A DNA stretch of 64,000 nt from Candidatus Acidiferrales bacterium. Its GTDB lineage: Bacteria; Acidobacteriota; Terriglobia; Acidiferrales; UBA7541. Each line of letters opens with the position of its first letter. Within the stretch, counting starts at the first letter, position 1. Positions 54,001 through 61,452 of this stretch are shown one piece after another. Below the pieces are notes generated by a model. It was not told where the DNA came from and did no database searches. It was given only the letters and a program-made list of their open reading frames with translations. The position numbers and the translations under genes were made by a program. The stretch spans positions 42,696 through 106,695 of the forward strand of contig JBARFX010000074.1 in the NCBI GenBank assembly GCA_049797655.1. Reading direction: 5' to 3'.

Positions 54001-55339
54001 GCTGGGTTCGACTGTTATCGGAAGTTCTTCGATTTTCATAAATTCATTTACTTCGCATCAAGTCGACGCAGGGGCGAACGTTCTCGCACCGGCCGGCACT
54101 TTCAAGCAAGGCCAGAATAACTACGCGATAAAGTATTCCGGTGATCCGAGTTATTCCTCTTCTACCGGAACCGCCACCATCACATTGCTCTACATTACAA
54201 CCACGACAATGGTCTCCTCCAATACAACGATTCAGGCTGGCCAGAGCGTTACATTCACCGCAACTATGGCCGCTACGCCCACAGGAGGAGCGCCGGTCAC
54301 AGGAACAGTACAATTTCTGTTGGACGCTTCCAATCTAGGCGCTCCGGTGACCGTTGTGGGCGGGCAAGCCACACTCACTACCTCGGCGCTACCATTCGGC
54401 ATTCATGTAATCGGAGCACATTACTCGGGCGACGCAAACAACAATCAATCCAATAGCGAAGGCTTATTGGAAACCATAAATTCACTTAGTTCAATGACAT
54501 CGGTCACGGCTTCGAGCTCGTCAATCCAGCAGGGGCAACTAGTGACTTTTACGATAAAGGTCGCTGGCGTGCAGCCAGGAGGCCCGGTTCCAACCGGATC
54601 TTTAACGGTCCAAACCACTGCGAATGTAGGCGTCCCTGCGCTTAATCTCGATGCTAGTGGACAGAGCAGTTTTGGGGTTATCAATTTTCCCGCCGGCATT
54701 TTCACCGTCACGGTTGTTTATGGTGGAGATAAGTTTTATACGGGTTCCTCGGGAAATACTTCGATTACAGTTGTTGCGAGCCCTGATTTCAGCGTGGTTG
54801 CGAATCCGAACTCAATCACAATTACAAGACCCGGCCAATCCGGGAGCACGATGCTGACGCTTACGGCGATGAACGGCCTTACCGGAACATTTGCCCTCGC
54901 GCCTCAATGTACAGGGTTGCCGTCGGAGAGCACGTGCAGCGTGTCGCCTTCGAGCGTGACGTTTAGTCCGAGCACGATGACGGCGAACGTGATGCTCACG
55001 GTTGCAACGATGGCGCCGTCGAGAGTTGCGCCGGGGCGTAGGGTGCACCCGACCATAACGGGACCAGGGCTCGCGATCACGTTCAGTGTGCTGGCGCTTG
55101 TCGCGATGTTTGGTTTTCTGCGGAAGCGGCGCGGACTTGAATTCGCGCTGAGCCTAGTCGTGTTTGCGGCGCTGCTTTCGATTGCTGCGTGCGGAGGCGG
55201 CGGTGGTGGTGGAGGTGGCGGAGGCGGGGGCGGCGGGGGGAATCCCGGCACGCCGGTGGGTTTGGACAACAATGCGCGAGTTTCGTTTACGATCGGATCC
55301 GCATCGCACTCGGTGGGATTGTCAGTGAACGTCGAGTAG
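51053..55339 (+). CDS. Secreted S53 (sedolisin/kumamolisin-type) serine peptidase fused to multiple bacterial Ig-like repeats and a C-terminal double hydrophobic segment
   Basis: Signal peptide RRISLILLLVAMCPVFASAQ. Pro-kumamolisin activation-domain-like region ...YHAWLTPEQFGQQFGP..DIQAVTSWLQ.... Catalytic-domain motifs ESDLDLEW, SESYG, ASGDSGSAGC and GGTSASAPAFAG. About 6-7 Ig-like repeats with the ...YPGD/YSGD/YGGD... pattern. See findings for the C-terminus. Confidence 0.8.
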   Translation: MRPPTPAQKCSGVFPVFCKPVRRISLILLLVAMCPVFASAQTVPKRALVTQPVEDTKLTVLRGNTYPLARAEFDRGAAPPSLPMQRMLLVLKRAPELETALEALLDQQQDKSSPSYHAWLTPEQFGQQFGPADQDIQAVTSWLQLQGFEIAQVSNGRTVIEFSGTAAQVQRAFHTEIHKFSVNNEDHWANASDPQIPTALVPAVAGVLTLHNFPRHAMNHMVGTFKRTKGTSALTPAGPLFTLPNFFGQDTAYGVGPFDFATIYNVSPLWNATPRVVGTGQTIAIVGETDVDFVDLQKFRTLFGITSNDPVMIVDGPDPGLQPDEIESDLDLEWSSAVAPGAAIKFVVAATTDTTLGVDLAAQYIVDHNLAPVVSESYGICEAALGTAGNQFFNLLWQQAAAQGMSVFLASGDSGSAGCDRDNPAQFGLQVSGFASTPYTVAVGGTDFNDLTNPTNYFNPTNDAHQASAKSYIPEMTWNDSCTNAEFSMLTGTSNAESNCNNPGLSGAVAATGGSGGKSSCTTGDGQDIVSCSGGYVKPIWQTGTGVPNDGKRDIPDVSLFASNGFNGNFYVICSKNITGSYCDSSDPNGTVVGIGGTSASAPAFAGIMALIDQKTNSRQGNPNYLLYKLAAQQPASGCNSSTPPTGTCVFNDVTNGTIAMPCFTGSTIDCRTNINGDQFGVLTGYATGVGYDRATGLGTVNAANLVSAWVTAAGASKGSATTLSITPAPMNITHGATSNVVISVAPAPGGTGTPGGEVSLVTSTGMGAGSFLLTDGSATGSIVDLPGGTYTVTAHYPGDATFGASDSTAVSVKVTPEASKATVAYELFDPISGNLTNPNATTATFGVSPSLLRINVTSQAGDACAGNTQGTTGCPTGTVTLTDNTKPLDGGTFALNSNGYAEDQLIDLPGGVHNLKVIYPGDNSYSAPTPATDVITITPAATTLSGDNSQVTFSGAETLLGAAITAQNIYSDIVPTGTVTMSLGSTVIGSSSIFINSFTSHQVDAGANVLAPAGTFKQGQNNYAIKYSGDPSYSSSTGTATITLLYITTTTMVSSNTTIQAGQSVTFTATMAATPTGGAPVTGTVQFLLDASNLGAPVTVVGGQATLTTSALPFGIHVIGAHYSGDANNNQSNSEGLLETINSLSSMTSVTASSSSIQQGQLVTFTIKVAGVQPGGPVPTGSLTVQTTANVGVPALNLDASGQSSFGVINFPAGIFTVTVVYGGDKFYTGSSGNTSITVVASPDFSVVANPNSITITRPGQSGSTMLTLTAMNGLTGTFALAPQCTGLPSESTCSVSPSSVTFSPSTMTANVMLTVATMAPSRVAPGRRVHPTITGPGLAITFSVLALVAMFGFLRKRRGLEFALSLVVFAALLSIAACGGGGGGGGGGGGGGGGNPGTPVGLDNNARVSFTIGSASHSVGLSVNVE
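55193..55240 (+). repeat. (GGN)16 tract encoding a run of 16 glycines
   Basis: gga ggc ggc ggt ggt ggt gga ggt ggc gga ggc ggg ggc ggc ggg ggg, immediately after the ...LSIAAC codons. Confidence 0.95.
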
Positions 55340-55395
55340 GCGAAACGCGGCTGCGCTCCGGCGGCTGAGGATTTAAACGCGGCGTTGCCGGGTGC

Positions 55396-56652
55396 TTATT
55401 TTCTGGCGGGCTGCATGGTCTGGCCGGATTCGCGCTTGGCACCGCCGCGCATTTCGATGGCGGCGGTTTCTGCAAATTCCTTCCACGATGAAATTTGATC
55501 GGTGAGGCCGAGGTTTTCGAGATAATCGGGCTCGGGCGCGGCGTAGACGTGCGATTCGGGGTCCACAACCTGGTGAACGGGATGTTCGTGCGCCAGGAAG
55601 TTCGCCAGGTGAACGACTGTGACCGCATCGAGCGTGCCTTGCGGAACGCGCTGCGGATGATGATGATGCGCCACCGCTTCCACAACGGGGCACGGCAATC
55701 CCCAGATTCCAAGTAGATATGCGCCGACTTCGGCGTGCGATACTCCCATCAAATCCTGCTCGACGGCGAACAACGGCCGCTTTTCTTCTTCTGCTCCCGC
55801 CAGTGCGCGAGCGAAATGTTTCGGCGACCGCGTGGCCAGAACCAGCTTTCCGACATCGTGAAGCAATCCCGCGACGACGGCGGCGCTATGGACCGCCGCC
55901 GACACTGGAATGTGCGACGCTATTTTCGCCGTGAGCTGCGAATGCTCGTGCAGCTCCTCAAATGAAAACCCCGGAAGCGCGGCTGCATTTTCGAAAACGC
56001 GAAATACCTCCGCGGACAGAACGAGATTCTGGAGCATTTCGATTCCCAAATAGCTCACGGCGGTGTTCATCGTGGAGATTTCACGCGGCAGCCCGAAAAA
56101 CGCGGAATTGACTAGCTGAAGAATCTTCGCGGATATCGCAACGTCTTGTTCGACGAGCTTTACGACCTCCTTCACCGATGCGTCCGGGTCAGCGAGTTTC
56201 TCCCGAAGCGCCAGGAACGTCCGGGGTAGCACCGGAAGATCCTTCACAGATCCAATGATGCTCGCGAGCATCTTGTTGGCCAGCACATCCGAAAGACTCG
56301 TCGCGCGTTCCACCGCCACGCGTAGCATGTGAGGATCGCAGGGCTTCACCAGGAACTGATGCGCCACCGGAACGGCGCGGAGAGCTCCGTTCATCTCTTC
56401 CTGGCTGCATACGATGACCCGCACAACACCTGGAAACCGTTCGCAAACGATCTGGAGCAGCGCCGCGCCGTCCATTTCCGGCATGCGAATATCCGAGATA
56501 ATGACGTCAAAGGAAGTTCCGGCAAGCAAATCGAGCGCTGATTTCCCGCTTGGCGCGAATGCTGTATCCCATTGAAGTTCTTGCGGCTCCAGCATAAATC
56601 TGAGCGCCTCAAGAACCTGCGGCTCATCATCGACGAACAGCACCCGTTTCAT
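55396..56652 (-). CDS. Response-regulator receiver domain fused to an HDOD domain
   Basis: REC: KRVLFVDDEPQVLEAL...VIISDIRMPEMDG...FLVKP. HDOD: LPVLPRTFLALREKL..., VEQDVAISAKILQLVNSAFFG, and LLHDVGKLVL. Confidence 0.8.
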   Translation of the reverse strand: MKRVLFVDDEPQVLEALRFMLEPQELQWDTAFAPSGKSALDLLAGTSFDVIISDIRMPEMDGAALLQIVCERFPGVVRVIVCSQEEMNGALRAVPVAHQFLVKPCDPHMLRVAVERATSLSDVLANKMLASIIGSVKDLPVLPRTFLALREKLADPDASVKEVVKLVEQDVAISAKILQLVNSAFFGLPREISTMNTAVSYLGIEMLQNLVLSAEVFRVFENAAALPGFSFEELHEHSQLTAKIASHIPVSAAVHSAAVVAGLLHDVGKLVLATRSPKHFARALAGAEEEKRPLFAVEQDLMGVSHAEVGAYLLGIWGLPCPVVEAVAHHHHPQRVPQGTLDAVTVVHLANFLAHEHPVHQVVDPESHVYAAPEPDYLENLGLTDQISSWKEFAETAAIEMRGGAKRESGQTMQPARK

Positions 56653-56994
56653 TCGCGTCTCCTATTGCTACGGTTATGTTGAGCACCTGCGACGGAGAAA
56701 AGCTCGCCGCGCAGCTCGACGAAAAAATCGAGTGACAAGCGCGAATCCGCTCGCACCGGGCAAATATAGAAAGGGGTTGCGAATCTAATGAGAGGATGAC
56801 GCTTCGCGCGAAGTCAACCGCGCAAGCCCAAGTACAGAGTGCATTATAGTGCATAATTCCGTCTGGTGCCCGCCGCCGGTGTCCCAAGAGTCAAAGGTAA
56901 CGGGTGACTGCTGGCGCCGCAGCGCGACGGCCGGCGGATACCCGCTGACGATTCGGCTGCGGTCGCGCTCCGAGCGTACAAATCGGATATCAGA

Positions 56995-57648
56995 ATGAAC
57001 GCTTCCCTGCTCTCGCCTTTCGTCCCGACTGGCGACACGCTGTCGGCCCTGCTCATCGTGGTTTGCTTTTCATCAGGACTAAACGTGTACGCAACGGTCG
57101 CGATGCTCGGCCTGTTGGTGCGCACGGACGTCGTGGCCCTCCCGCCTTCCCTCGACGCTGTTCAGAACTGGTATGTGATCGGCGCTTGCGTGGTGTTATT
57201 TCTGGTGGAATTTATTGGCGACAAAATTCCGGTGTTCGATCTTCTCTGGAATGCGCTGCAGACATTTGTTCGAGTTCCAGTGGCAGCCTTGATCACATAT
57301 GCTGCCACTTCACAATTGCCTACCTGGGAACAGCTTTTGGCTACGTTGGCCGGATCGTTGATCGCGCTGGCCGCACATGGCGGTAAGACGGCGGCTCGAG
57401 CGGCGGTGATTCACTCGCCCGAGCCAATCTCAAATATCGCGCTGAGCCTCAGCGAAGATGGAGCAGTCGTATTCCTAATCTGGTTTGCGACGCGCCATCC
57501 CTACGCCGCGGCAATAGTCGTACTGGTTGCGACCGTCGCGATCGTGATCATGATGCGCGTTGTTGTACGCGCACTGCGGAATTTATTCGCTGACTCGGAA
57601 AAGGCCCTCACCTCAACCGCAGGTTCCGGCCCTCGCTCGAAACTTTAA
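56995..57648 (+). CDS. DUF4126-family integral membrane protein
   Basis: SGLNVYATVAMLGL..., EFIGDKIPVFDLLWNALQTFVRVP, and multiple TM segments. Confidence 0.6.
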   Translation: MNASLLSPFVPTGDTLSALLIVVCFSSGLNVYATVAMLGLLVRTDVVALPPSLDAVQNWYVIGACVVLFLVEFIGDKIPVFDLLWNALQTFVRVPVAALITYAATSQLPTWEQLLATLAGSLIALAAHGGKTAARAAVIHSPEPISNIALSLSEDGAVVFLIWFATRHPYAAAIVVLVATVAIVIMMRVVVRALRNLFADSEKALTSTAGSGPRSKL

Positions 57649-57672
57649 AGCGAACACAACGACCTGCGCCGG

Positions 57673-59349
57673 CTACTGTTTCTTTTTCTTTCCAAAAAGT
57701 CCGCCGAGCGCTCCCGCCGCCGCACCGCCGCCCTTTTGGCCCCCGCCGAGAACCGATCCTGCGGCCCCTTTCGCAAGTCCTCCTGCCATTCCCGCAACGT
57801 CGGGCACAAAGACGGGATTCGAAGTGGTGCCGGTAATTGAAAATGGTATGCCGCCGCTGTCGCCGCTCTTGTTTCCTCCGCCACCGAATGGCAACGACGC
57901 TACTTGCGAGATGCCGCCCATCGCCCCGGCCAGGTGCGCCACCATCTTGCAGTTCAACTGACCGCCCGCAGCGACGTTCGCATCGCCGGTGATGGTGCCG
58001 ATTCCCTGCACCACCACTTTCAAGTCCTGGGCGTGCGTTCCGGCAGGCTCCACTCGGACGTTTGTGCTAAGACTCTGAATGACGGTATCCGAACTTTTGC
58101 TTCCACCTCCGAGGCCGGCAAAGGACCCGAGTGCGCCGAGCTTGGAGCCTAGGCTGAATCCCGCAAGCGTCCCGTTCGTCAAATTGACCGGGCCAGTAAT
58201 TACCAGTTTGTCGACAGGACCATTAATCGCGAGATTCGCATCGAGCGTGCCTGTCTTCAGCGCTGCACCGGATGGAAGCACGACGCCGACGGCAGGCAAT
58301 ACTCCTTCGAGATCGGCAACGGGCATCGCCTGTCCATTCAGTTTCATCCCCACGGACGCAGTGTCGCCCGCAACGTTAAACGTGCCGGTCAATCGCGCGA
58401 AAGCCTTGCCGACATGAATGTCTCCCTGCTTGAGCGTCCCCGACTGCTGCTTCAATTGATAATCGGCGTCGTAATCTACGTTCACCGGTACAGTCGAAGG
58501 AGAACCGCTGGCAGACATCTTGAGCTTCGTGGTCTTCACCGTTCCTTTCGAACTCATCTGTCGGCCATCAGAAGTAAGTGTGCCGTTGAAATCGGCGAGG
58601 CCTCCGATTCCGGCCGACGGGCTGAGAAATCCGCCGGACGCGCCAAGATCAAGATGTTGCACGTCGATCTTTGCGTCAAGCGGCGTGAGCGAAGCATCTG
58701 CTTGATCGATTGGGCCGGCCTTGCCTTCAACCTTGAGCGCGCCGTTAGCCGGGTCTTTCGCCGAGAGTTTGAATGGAAACTGAGTGGTGTAGGAGAGATC
58801 GCTGGCTGTGAGGTTCACGTCCTGATAAATCAATGGTGCCCCGCGCGATCCCGCGGTGCCCACACTGATTTTCCCGTCCGAAATCTCGATCTTTCCCACT
58901 GAAAGACTTCCAGACGCCGATTTTGGTTCATTCGCAGGTTTTGCAGCGGCCTTCGACGCGGTCCCGCCCATGCTCGAGTAGTTCCACACCCCGGCGGAAT
59001 TGCGGAGCAGCGAGACTTCCGGCTTCGACACTGTGATCGATTCCACCTCAAGCTGCTTCGAAAAAATGAGAGGGATCAGATGCACTCCAACGGTTAATTC
59101 TTTGGCCGTTAGAAACTGCGACTTGCTAAAGGCAGGATCGTCGGAAATGGAGACGTCGTTCACCACGACGCCGCCCGAAAAAATTGAAAGTTTGATGTTG
59201 CCAATCTGGACGTTGCGGCCGAGCGCCGTCCCAAGCTGGCCCTGGATCTCGGGCTTAAAACGATTCGCGTCAATCAGCGACGGCAGGATGAGAATCACGA
59301 TTAACAGTAGGGCGACAACAGCGCCAACTATAATCAGGATTTTCTTCAT
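57673..59349 (-). CDS. AsmA-family outer-membrane-biogenesis protein
   Basis: N-terminal anchor MKKILIIVGAVVALLLIVILILPSLIDANRFKPEIQ..., typical of the AsmA N-domain. Long beta-rich body and a Gly-rich C-terminal tail. Confidence 0.7.
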   Translation of the reverse strand: MKKILIIVGAVVALLLIVILILPSLIDANRFKPEIQGQLGTALGRNVQIGNIKLSIFSGGVVVNDVSISDDPAFSKSQFLTAKELTVGVHLIPLIFSKQLEVESITVSKPEVSLLRNSAGVWNYSSMGGTASKAAAKPANEPKSASGSLSVGKIEISDGKISVGTAGSRGAPLIYQDVNLTASDLSYTTQFPFKLSAKDPANGALKVEGKAGPIDQADASLTPLDAKIDVQHLDLGASGGFLSPSAGIGGLADFNGTLTSDGRQMSSKGTVKTTKLKMSASGSPSTVPVNVDYDADYQLKQQSGTLKQGDIHVGKAFARLTGTFNVAGDTASVGMKLNGQAMPVADLEGVLPAVGVVLPSGAALKTGTLDANLAINGPVDKLVITGPVNLTNGTLAGFSLGSKLGALGSFAGLGGGSKSSDTVIQSLSTNVRVEPAGTHAQDLKVVVQGIGTITGDANVAAGGQLNCKMVAHLAGAMGGISQVASLPFGGGGNKSGDSGGIPFSITGTTSNPVFVPDVAGMAGGLAKGAAGSVLGGGQKGGGAAAGALGGLFGKKKKQ

Positions 59350-59780
59350 GCTGAACCTCCGGAGAGAAATGCTTGAGTCGCGTGAGGGTCGCTTCTCGAG
59401 GAGAGAAATATCATATTTGGGCCAGAATTACTCTTGAAAACGAGTGCGCGAGTAGAGCCACATCCGGTGGCTCCACGATAAATCCACCGCGCGCCAGGAG
59501 AAGGTCGGCGCCAACCATGCACTTGCGGCCCACTTGCGAGCGAACGTGTTGAATCCCGCGGCTCGGAGGGAGTAACTGTCTCACTGACCGCTCGGTGGAT
59601 CAGCCAAGATTTCGCTAGGCTAAAGGCGCGAAGCATGCTATGTTTTGTCTGCGTTTGTTGCTCTTGTAACACCTTTAGATTCGATTGAAGGGGCTGCAAG
59701 TTCACACTTGCGGCCTCTTTTGCTTTACGGCTGGAGGCGGTCGAGAAGCACAAATAGCTTAAAAAGAAGGAAGTACATCA

Positions 59781-59984
59781 GTGAGAGAACAAGGAACAGT
59801 GAAGTGGTTTAATGCCAGCAAGGGTTTTGGGTTCATCCAGCGCCAGTCCGGCGAGGACGTTTTCGTCCACTTTTCCGCCATTCAGGCGGAGGGTTACAAG
59901 TCGCTGAACGAAGGCCAGGCGGTTGAATTCGAAGTTACCCGCGGCCCCAAGGGTCTGCAGGCAGCCAACGTCACTAGCCTCTAG
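59781..59984 (+). CDS. cspA: Cold-shock protein (CspA family)
   Basis: [15 protein letters not shown] (RNP1) and DVFVHFSAI (RNP2). 67 aa. GTG start with AAGAAGGAAG upstream. Confidence 0.95.
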   Translation: MREQGTVKWFNASKGFGFIQRQSGEDVFVHFSAIQAEGYKSLNEGQAVEFEVTRGPKGLQAANVTSL

Positions 59985-59993
59985 TCGAGAAAA

Positions 59994-60026
59994 GGCGGGT
60001 CGGCTTACGCTGACCCGCCTTTTTTT
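59994..60026 (+). terminator. Rho-independent terminator of the csp gene
   Basis: GGCGGGTC, a 10-nt loop, GACCCGCC, then TTTTTTT. It starts 10 nt after the stop codon. Confidence 0.9.
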
Positions 60027-60101
60027 GTGTCTAGATAGCGAATACAAAGCGATACAGCACCGAGAAAAGGTCTAAGCAGAGGCACTCGCACCCGGCCCAG
60101 G

Positions 60102-60437
60102 ATGAAAGAACCCCACATCATCGTTCAGTTCGTCGGCTTCCAATCCAAGAATCATGTGCGCGAATATACTTTCACCGTTCGTGAACCGGCGATCGAGCCT
60201 CGCGAATTTACGATTTCGATTCCGAATGAAGCGTTTGATTCGCGCCGCGTTCGATACCAGGACGCTCCGGATATCTGCTCCCACAAACTTCACCGCGAGC
60301 TCGCTGCATCGGAAAATCATCCCGAAGCCAGCCACTTCAGCCTTTCAAACGCGGAGTTAGACGACTACCGTACGACGCACATGCCGAAACCGCCGAAGTA
60401 TCCCTACGCGCCAAAGCCTGTCGAAGAAGACGCCTAG
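60102..60437 (+). CDS. Hypothetical protein (111 aa)
   Basis: Clean ORF with no recognisable motifs. Pro/Lys-rich tail ...HMPKPPKYPYAPKPVEEDA. Confidence 0.4.
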   Translation: MKEPHIIVQFVGFQSKNHVREYTFTVREPAIEPREFTISIPNEAFDSRRVRYQDAPDICSHKLHRELAASENHPEASHFSLSNAELDDYRTTHMPKPPKYPYAPKPVEEDA

Positions 60438-60496
60438 TTCTCCCCTATCGAGGAAATAAAACAAAACTGTGGAATTCCTGTCGTGGTCCGATGGAT

Positions 60497-61324
60497 CTAA
60501 CTTTCGAGAAGTTTCTCGAGTCCCGCTCGATCCCGAATCACGAGCGTCGAACCCTTCACTTGCAGGAGCTGCTTCTTCTTGAAATCCGCGAATAGTCGCG
60601 TGACCGTTTCGCGGGACGCGCCGATCATTTGCGCGATCTCCTCATGCGTGAGCGTCAGCTTTACTCTGATCTCGCCGTTGCCCTCATGATGCTCGGCGAT
60701 CCAGTCCAGCAGGAACCGGGCGAGTTTCTCACCCGCCGAATGCGAAAGACCGATCGTCCGCATTTCGCTCAGGGCATGGTGATAGTTCTCCGCAAGCTGT
60801 TGCGCGACGCGCAGCGCGGCCTCGCCGTCTTGGCGCAGAAACCCGAGAAAATCGTCACGGCTTATGAAATTGGCCTGCGTTGGCTCCAAAACGTCGGCCG
60901 TTGCTTGAAATGCCTTGCCGGACACCACCGCAGCCAACCCCAGCACTTCGCCGATCTCCGCGATACGGAGAATTAGTGTTTTTCCGTCCGCAGAAGACGT
61001 GGAAAGCTTCACTTTTCCGCTGCAGAGAATAAACACGCCTCGCGGCGTCTGCCCCTCCACGAAAAGAGTGGCACCCTTTGGATAGGTTGAAGGCGACGTG
61101 ATGGCGGCGAGCCTCTGCACCGACGCGGGGGACAAATTGCAAAATAGTCGATCTTCTCTGTGCGGGCAGTTCATACAGCTCTCGATAATTTCAAGACCAT
61201 ACGGAGAGCGCGCCTTTGGTCTCCGAGTGCTCAAGTTCAAGTTCTCATCCGGAACACGTCGTACGTACCAGAATTTCTTAGTCAGCATTGTCGTTGAGGC
61301 TTCCGCAGCCGGCTTATGCTTCAT
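60497..61324 (-). CDS. Crp/Fnr-family transcriptional regulator with an N-terminal Cys motif
   Basis: cNMP-binding-like beta-roll ...YPKGATLFVEGQTPRGVFILCSGKVKL.... C-terminal HTH LTHEEIAQMIGASRETVTRLFADFKK. ATG 61324 is preceded by GAGGA. The track ORF extends to 61369. Confidence 0.85.
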   Translation of the reverse strand: MKHKPAAEASTTMLTKKFWYVRRVPDENLNLSTRRPKARSPYGLEIIESCMNCPHREDRLFCNLSPASVQRLAAITSPSTYPKGATLFVEGQTPRGVFILCSGKVKLSTSSADGKTLILRIAEIGEVLGLAAVVSGKAFQATADVLEPTQANFISRDDFLGFLRQDGEAALRVAQQLAENYHHALSEMRTIGLSHSAGEKLARFLLDWIAEHHEGNGEIRVKLTLTHEEIAQMIGASRETVTRLFADFKKKQLLQVKGSTLVIRDRAGLEKLLES

Positions 61325-61452
61325 ATAATTATCCTCGATCCGGCCTCGCCGTTCCGTGATTGTGGTCACTCGACTTCGTGATTCCCGTCACAGCAAACGC
61401 TTGGAGCGCGCTCCCTCGTTGCGCCCGCGCTTCTCGAGCCGAAACCGGCGCC

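Noticed and set aside
55193-55240. G-rich repeat, considered as a G-quadruplex or non-coding simple repeat
   Set aside because: It is in frame, encodes Gly16 within a long ORF, and consists mostly of GG dinucleotide runs rather than four G3+ tracts. It is retained only as a coding low-complexity repeat.
59346-59753. 135-aa minus-strand ORF in the asmA/csp intergenic region
   Set aside because: It has no RBS, has an odd composition, and overlaps the expected csp leader and promoter region.
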